From an uncultured Pseudomonadota bacterium (GTDB taxonomy: Bacteria > Pseudomonadota > Alphaproteobacteria > JACZXZ01), in contig CAVVLJ010000020.1 in NCBI GenBank assembly GCA_963749075.1, positions 320,001 through 384,000 on the forward strand: 64,000 nucleotides of DNA, given 5' to 3'. Below are positions 58,880-64,000 of this stretch, in pieces (the stretch's first letter is position 1; each line of letters begins with the position of its first letter). A program made the translations under genes and the position numbers. The notes under the pieces are model-generated. The model made no database searches, was not told the origin of the DNA, and saw only the letters and a program-made list of their open reading frames with translations.

Positions 58880-59794
58880 CTACTTGAGACACCAGAGGAG
58901 GATGGCTTGCTGCGCCGGCAGCCGGTTGCCGGCCTCGTCCCACACCACCGACTGGGGACCGTCGATGACCGAGGGCGTCACCTCCTCGCCGCGGTGGGCC
59001 GGCAGGCAATGCATGAAAATGGCATCGCGCTTGGCGAGCTTCATCACCCGGTCGTCCACCCGGTAGGGCGGCAACAGCGCCTTGCGCGTCTCGACCTCCT
59101 CTTCGCCCATGGAGACCCAGGCGTCGGTGACCACGCAGTCCGCTGCGCCCACCGCCTCCTCGAGCTTGTCGGTGACGACGATCTTGGCCCCTTGCTTGAG
59201 CGCCCACTCGACGACCTGGCGCGGCGGCCCGAGCTCGCGCGGGCAGGCGAGCTTGAGGGTGAAGGCGAAGCGCACCGCCGCGTGGATCCACGAGGTCGCC
59301 ATGTTGTTGCCGTCGCCGGCCCAGGCCACCACCTTGCCGGCGATGGGCCCGCGATGCTCCTCGAAGGTCATCACGTCGGCCATGAGCTGGCAGGGGTGCG
59401 TGCGGTCGGTGAGGCCGTTGATGACCGGCACGCTGGCGTGCTCGGCGAGCTCGTGCAGCTTCTCCTCCTTGGTCGTGCGCAGCATGATGACGTCGACGTA
59501 GCGCGAGAGCACGCGCGCGGTGTCGGCGACGCTCTCGCCGCGGCCGAGCTGCATGTCGTTGCGCTCGAGCACCACGACCTCGCCGCCGAGCTTGCGCATG
59601 CCGACCTCGAAGGAGACCCGCGTGCGCGTGGACGGCTTCTCGAACAGCATGGCGAGCGTCTTGCCCTTGAGCGGCGGCACCTCGAGGCCTTCGCCGCGCT
59701 TGAGCGCCTTGCCCAGCTCGATGAGGCGCCTGAGCGTCGCCGCATCGAAGCGGTCGAGGTCGAGAAAGTGGCGCGGTCCGCCGCCAGCACTCAC
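58880..59794 (-). CDS. argF: Ornithine carbamoyltransferase
   Basis: [21 protein letters not shown] and [12 protein letters not shown]. Confidence 0.96.
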   Translation of the reverse strand: MSAGGGPRHFLDLDRFDAATLRRLIELGKALKRGEGLEVPPLKGKTLAMLFEKPSTRTRVSFEVGMRKLGGEVVVLERNDMQLGRGESVADTARVLSRYVDVIMLRTTKEEKLHELAEHASVPVINGLTDRTHPCQLMADVMTFEEHRGPIAGKVVAWAGDGNNMATSWIHAAVRFAFTLKLACPRELGPPRQVVEWALKQGAKIVVTDKLEEAVGAADCVVTDAWVSMGEEEVETRKALLPPYRVDDRVMKLAKRDAIFMHCLPAHRGEEVTPSVIDGPQSVVWDEAGNRLPAQQAILLWCLK

Positions 59795-59804
59795 GGCACG
59801 CCGC

Positions 59805-61043
59805 TCATGGTTGAGCTGCCTTGGGCTGGGCCGGCTTGGAGTCCGGCGCCTTGGCGGCGGCGAGCGCCGGTGCCGCGCGCTCGAGGATGGCGAGCGCCTC
59901 GTCGATGTGGCGCTCCTCGATGATGAGCGGCGGCAGGAAGCGCACCACGTTCTCGCCCGAGCCGACGGTCAAGAGGCCGTGGTCGCGCAAGGCGGCCACC
60001 ACGTCGGCGGCGACGATGCCGTCGGCGCATTTGAGGCCGCGCATGAGGCCCATGCCGCGCACCTCGGTGAAGAGGCCGGGATGGGCCTTGACGAGGCCAG
60101 CCAGGCGCTGGCCGAGGCGCTCGCCGCGCAAGACCACCTGTTCGAGGAAGCCGTCCGCCAGCATCACGTCGAGCACCGCGTTCGCCACCGCCATGGCCAG
60201 CGGGTTGCCGCCGAAGGTCGAGCCGTGGGTGCCGGCCGTCATGCCGGCCGCCGCCTTCTCGGTCGCCAGCACAGCGCCGATGGGGAAGCCGCCGCCGAGC
60301 GCCTTGGCGGTCGACAGCACGTCCGGCTTGACGCCGGCCCACTCGTGGGCGAAGAGCTTGCCCGTGCGCCCCATGCCGCACTGCACCTCGTCGAGGAAGA
60401 GGAGGAGGCCGAACTCGTCGCACACGGCGCGTAAGCCCCGCATGAACTCCGGCCTCGCCGCGCGCAGGCCGCCTTCGCCCTGCACCGGCTCGACGAGGAT
60501 GGCGGCGGTCTCGCCGGTAATGGCGTTGCGCACCTCGTTCAGGTTCTCGTAGGCCACGTGGTCGAAGCCCTCGACCGCGGGTGCGAAGCCCTTCAAGTGC
60601 TTCTCCTGGCCGCCGGCCGCGATGGTGGCGAGCGTGCGGCCGTGGAAGCCGTTGTGGAAGCAGATGATGCGGAAGCGCTCGGGATGGCCGGTATCGTCTT
60701 GGTATTTGCGCACGAGCTTGATGCCGCCCTCGAGCGCCTCGGCGCCAGAATTGCAGAAGAACACCGTGTCCGCGAAGCTGTGCGCGACCAGGCGCTCGGC
60801 AAGGCGCTCCTGGCCCGGGATCTGAAAGATGTTCGAGCAATGCCAGAGCTTGCGGCCCTGCTCGGTCAAGGCCTCGACGAGATGCGGGTGGGCGTGCCCG
60901 AGGCCGGTCACCGCGATGCCCGAGGCGAAATCGAGGAAGCGCCGTCCGTCGCTAGCGTAGAGATACGCCCCCTCGCCCCGCTCGAACGCGAGATTGGCCC
61001 GGGCATAGGTCGGCATCACCGCTGGGATCACTTGAGCCTCCAC
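59805..61043 (-). CDS. argD: Acetylornithine aminotransferase
   Basis: [32 protein letters not shown] and HGSTFGGN. Confidence 0.95.
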   Translation of the reverse strand: MEAQVIPAVMPTYARANLAFERGEGAYLYASDGRRFLDFASGIAVTGLGHAHPHLVEALTEQGRKLWHCSNIFQIPGQERLAERLVAHSFADTVFFCNSGAEALEGGIKLVRKYQDDTGHPERFRIICFHNGFHGRTLATIAAGGQEKHLKGFAPAVEGFDHVAYENLNEVRNAITGETAAILVEPVQGEGGLRAARPEFMRGLRAVCDEFGLLLFLDEVQCGMGRTGKLFAHEWAGVKPDVLSTAKALGGGFPIGAVLATEKAAAGMTAGTHGSTFGGNPLAMAVANAVLDVMLADGFLEQVVLRGERLGQRLAGLVKAHPGLFTEVRGMGLMRGLKCADGIVAADVVAALRDHGLLTVGSGENVVRFLPPLIIEERHIDEALAILERAAPALAAAKAPDSKPAQPKAAQP

Positions 61044-61125
61044 GACATGAGGACGGTTTGCGCGCGCGAAAGGCGGGGAGTATTGGCATTCGCCCGCGGA
61101 GTGTCAATGCGCACTCGTTCGACTC

Positions 61126-61929
61126 CTACGCCTTGAGCTTGTAGCCGGTGGCGAAGGCGCGGTGGCAGGCCCAGGCGAGGGCTGCGTTGGCGGCGATGAG
61201 CACCGCGAGGCCGGCTTGAAGCGAGCCGTCGGCCGCACCGATGAAGGCGTAGCGGAAGCCGTCGATCATGTAGAAGAACGGGTTGAGCCGTGCCAGCTCC
61301 TGCCAGACGCCGGGCAGCCGCCCGATCGAGTAGAAGGTGCCGGAGAGGAAGGTGAGCGGGGTCACCACGAAATTGGTGACGGCCGCGATATGGTCGAAGC
61401 GGTCGGCCCAGATGCCCGCCAGCATGCCGAGGAGCGACATCAGCGTCGCCGCGGCGGCGGCGTGGAAGAGCATGAAGCCCCAGTGCTGCACGTGGAGCGG
61501 CACGAAGGGCGCCACAGCCAGCGCCACCGCGAGGCCAACGGCCAAGCCGCGCACGACGCCGCCGAGTGCGAAGCCGAAGGTGAGCTCGCCCGGGCTCAAG
61601 GGCGGCATCAGCACGTCGACGATGTTGCCCTGCACCTTGGCGATGATGAGGGAGGAGGAGGTGTTGGCGAAGGCATTCTGCGCGATCGCCATGACGATGA
61701 GGCCGGGGACGAGGAATTCCTCGTAAGGCACGCCGCCGATGGTGCGCGTGGCCCCGCCGAGGGCGAGCGCGAAGATGGCGAGGAAGAGGAGCGTCGTCAC
61801 CACCGGCGCCAGGACGGTCTGGGAGGAGACCTTGCCGAAGCGGCGGATCTCCTTGAGGCAGAGAGTGCCGAGGCCGATCCAGTTGACGGCCCCGAAGCGG
61901 CGCGGCTGAGGCGGCGAGAGCTCGGTCAT
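61126..61929 (-). CDS. ABC-2 type transporter permease (YadH-like)
   Basis: KEIRRF, FLVPGL, FANTSSS, PLTFLSGTFYS and NPFFYMIDGFRY. Confidence 0.9.
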   Translation of the reverse strand: MTELSPPQPRRFGAVNWIGLGTLCLKEIRRFGKVSSQTVLAPVVTTLLFLAIFALALGGATRTIGGVPYEEFLVPGLIVMAIAQNAFANTSSSLIIAKVQGNIVDVLMPPLSPGELTFGFALGGVVRGLAVGLAVALAVAPFVPLHVQHWGFMLFHAAAAATLMSLLGMLAGIWADRFDHIAAVTNFVVTPLTFLSGTFYSIGRLPGVWQELARLNPFFYMIDGFRYAFIGAADGSLQAGLAVLIAANAALAWACHRAFATGYKLKA

Positions 61930-62048
61930 GGCAGCTCCTGGCTCCGGGCTCAGCTTGGGCTCCGCGGCTGAGCCAGCATAACAGGGTGACAGGTCGGGCG
62001 TCCTATAGCACAGTGCCGCAATTGGCGGCGGCTGCGGTCCACCCGAGC

Positions 62049-62315
62049 ATGACCCTGGCAAGGCGGGCTTTTCTTCTGGCACTCCTGGCGGCGCCGTCCT
62101 GGGCCCGCGGCGAGGAGCGCCCGCAAAGCATCGGCAGTGCGCACATGCTGCCCGACGGCACGATCGTCCTCCGCTTGCGCAGCCTGCCGCCGGGCCCCAT
62201 CGCCGAGGGCCGGTGGGAGGTCAAGCCGGGCGATGCGCAATATGAAGAGATCAAGCGTCACATCGGTGGCATAGCACCTGGGGAGTGGAAGCCCGTGCCG
62301 CCGTGGCCCGACTGA
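62049..62315 (+). CDS. Small exported hypothetical protein
   Basis: MTLARRAFLLALLAAPSWARG signal; coding-like C-terminal domain ending KPVPPWPD. Confidence 0.65.
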   Translation: MTLARRAFLLALLAAPSWARGEERPQSIGSAHMLPDGTIVLRLRSLPPGPIAEGRWEVKPGDAQYEEIKRHIGGIAPGEWKPVPPWPD

Positions 62316-62348
62316 GCGGGCATGGCACGTCCGAGGGAGGCAGCCGAG

Positions 62349-62696
62349 ATGGCCGTCACGATCTACCACAACCCGCGCTGCGGCAAGTCGCGCGCCGCGC
62401 TCAAGCTCCTCGAGGGGCGCGGCCTCAAGCCCGTCGTCGTCGAATATCTCAAGACGCCGCCGAGCGCTGCCGAGCTCAAGCGCATCCTCAAGATGCTCGG
62501 GCTCACAGCACGCCAGCTCCTGCGCAGCAAGGAGAAGGAATACAAGGCGGCCGGGCTCGACGAGCCTGCGCTCCCCGAGGACAAGATCATCGCCGCCATG
62601 GTGAAGCATCCGATTCTGATCGAGCGCCCGATCGTGATCGCCGGCGACAAGGCCGCGCTCGGCCGCCCGCCCGAGGCGGTGCTGCGGATACTTTAG
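62349..62696 (+). CDS. arsC: Arsenate reductase (glutaredoxin-type ArsC family)
   Basis: IYHNPRCGKSR, EYLKTP, HPILIERPIV and GRPPE. Confidence 0.9.
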   Translation: MAVTIYHNPRCGKSRAALKLLEGRGLKPVVVEYLKTPPSAAELKRILKMLGLTARQLLRSKEKEYKAAGLDEPALPEDKIIAAMVKHPILIERPIVIAGDKAALGRPPEAVLRIL

Positions 62697-63484
62697 TCCG
62701 AGGCCGGCGCGCGCGCGACGAGGGCCCAGACGCGGTGCGGCACCTCGAGCGGCTCGGCCGGGAAGTCGATGGCGAGCATGCTGGCATGGGCCGCATCGAA
62801 GCGCGCCACCGCGTCGGGCGGCAGGCTCGCGGCCACCCCGCCGCTCGCCCGGATGCGGCCGCGCCAGGCCGCATGGCTATAGGGGATGGCGATGTCGAAG
62901 GAGAAGGTCTCGAGGCCGACGAAGCCCGCCCGCCAGGCATCGCCGAGCCAGGCGGGATAGAGCCCGGTGCCGGCGGCGCGGTCCCAGGCTGGATTATGGG
63001 CGAGGATGAGCCGCTCGGTCGCCTCGACCGCATTGCCCGGCAGCGGCAGCCAGTCGAGCTGGGCGATGACCAAGGTGCCGCCCGGCACCAGGAGGCGCCG
63101 CGTCTCCTGAGCCGTCCGCCTGCGCTCGAACCAATGCCAGCACTGCCCGGCCGTCACCGCCTCGAAGCTCGCGGAGGGCAGGCCGGTCTCCTCGGCGCGG
63201 CCGAGGAGATACTCGACCTCGACCGCGGCCGCGCGGTCGAGCCGCTTGGCCTCCGCGATGAGCGCCGGCGCCGGATCGAGGGCGGTGACGCGGCAGCCGC
63301 GCCGCGCCAGGCCGCGCGCCACGGTGCCCGTGCCCGTGCCGAGGTCGAGCACGCGCTGGCCCGGCCGGCCGACGGCGAAGGCAGCGAGGCGCTCGAAGAA
63401 GGCCTCGGGGAAGCCGGCGCGGTGCCGGCCGTAATCCTTCGCGGTGCGTCCGAAATCGATCGTCATGGGCGTGACGGGCTTCAT
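62693..63484 (-). CDS. Class I SAM-dependent methyltransferase
   Basis: DFGRTAKDY, VLDLGTGTG and TAGQCWHWF. Confidence 0.88.
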   Translation of the reverse strand: MKPVTPMTIDFGRTAKDYGRHRAGFPEAFFERLAAFAVGRPGQRVLDLGTGTGTVARGLARRGCRVTALDPAPALIAEAKRLDRAAAVEVEYLLGRAEETGLPSASFEAVTAGQCWHWFERRRTAQETRRLLVPGGTLVIAQLDWLPLPGNAVEATERLILAHNPAWDRAAGTGLYPAWLGDAWRAGFVGLETFSFDIAIPYSHAAWRGRIRASGGVAASLPPDAVARFDAAHASMLAIDFPAEPLEVPHRVWALVARAPASD

Positions 63485-63619
63485 GGCGGCGACAATCGGG
63501 AGAGGTGTCGGTGCTCGTCAAGCAAATTGCGCAAGGCGGCGGTTGCCCGCGCGGCCGCCTGCGGTATCTTATGGCCGGGGCGGTGCGGTGGCCCCTGGTC
63601 CTCTTGAGGGAATGCGCTC

Positions 63620-64000
63620 ATGGGCGAGGACAAGCCCGTAATGCTCGCCGGGATCAAGGCGAAGCTTGTAGCACACAAGGAGAAGTGGGCGCGCGAGGGC
63701 CGCCTCCTGACCGGCAAGCGCGGCGATCCGGCGGCGGCCCGCCTGCCGCCCGGGCAGCGCGAGGTGAAGGACTGGCCGGTCCTCGATCTCGGCATCCAGC
63801 CCATGCTGCCGCCCGCGCGCTGGCGCCTCGCGGTCGACGGCCTGGTCGAGCATCCGCTGAGCTGGGAGTGGGACGATTTCCAGGCGCAGCCGCGCGTGCG
63901 CTCGACCTCCGACATCCATTGTGTCACCGCCTGGTCGCGCTACGACAACCGCTGGGAAGGGGTCTCGGCACGCCGCATTCTCGACCTGGTACGGCCCAAG
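63620..64000 (+). CDS. Sulfite-oxidase-like molybdopterin oxidoreductase (partial; not in the ORF track)
   Basis: Manual translation MGEDKPVM...RLPPGQREVKDWPVLDLG...DIHCVTAWSRYDNRWEGV, with the Mo-ligating Cys. Confidence 0.85.
   Translation, partial: MGEDKPVMLAGIKAKLVAHKEKWAREGRLLTGKRGDPAAARLPPGQREVKDWPVLDLGIQPMLPPARWRLAVDGLVEHPLSWEWDDFQAQPRVRSTSDIHCVTAWSRYDNRWEGVSARRILDLVRPK

Noticed and set aside
62349-62696. Arsenic-resistance operon
   Set aside because: Lone arsC-family gene with no arsR, arsB/acr3 or arsH.

Overview
Gene-dense, high-GC chromosomal segment from an Alphaproteobacterium (Rhodospirillales-like, inferred from gene order and content). The backbone is housekeeping: ftsEX/plsC, lysA-lptM-argH-tlpA, hbd-etfAB-pduO, the ethylmalonyl-CoA genes mcd-ccr/ecm, gluQ-alkA-esterase-HNH, coq7-dsbB-yqaA, tRNA-Leu(CAA), apaG-folE-argE and hslO-argF-argD. 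Interspersed are class II RNR nrdJ, korAB, two VapBC toxin-antitoxin pairs, a secreted barnase-like RNase with barstar, a ~6.7 kb amino-acid oxidase/ABC/LysR islet, and a two-gene operon of an EctD/PhyH-like Fe(II)/2-oxoglutarate dioxygenase plus an SHMT paralog with altered active-site residues. That operon is the best candidate for an undescribed hydroxylation/retro-aldol pathway. Several families of palindromic REP-like doublets lie in intergenic gaps, often next to the accessory genes. Six genes carry single-base indels, most likely assembly errors. I saw no CRISPR array, integrase, transposase or rRNA. All family calls come from reading motifs by eye and from recalled family knowledge; no searches were run.
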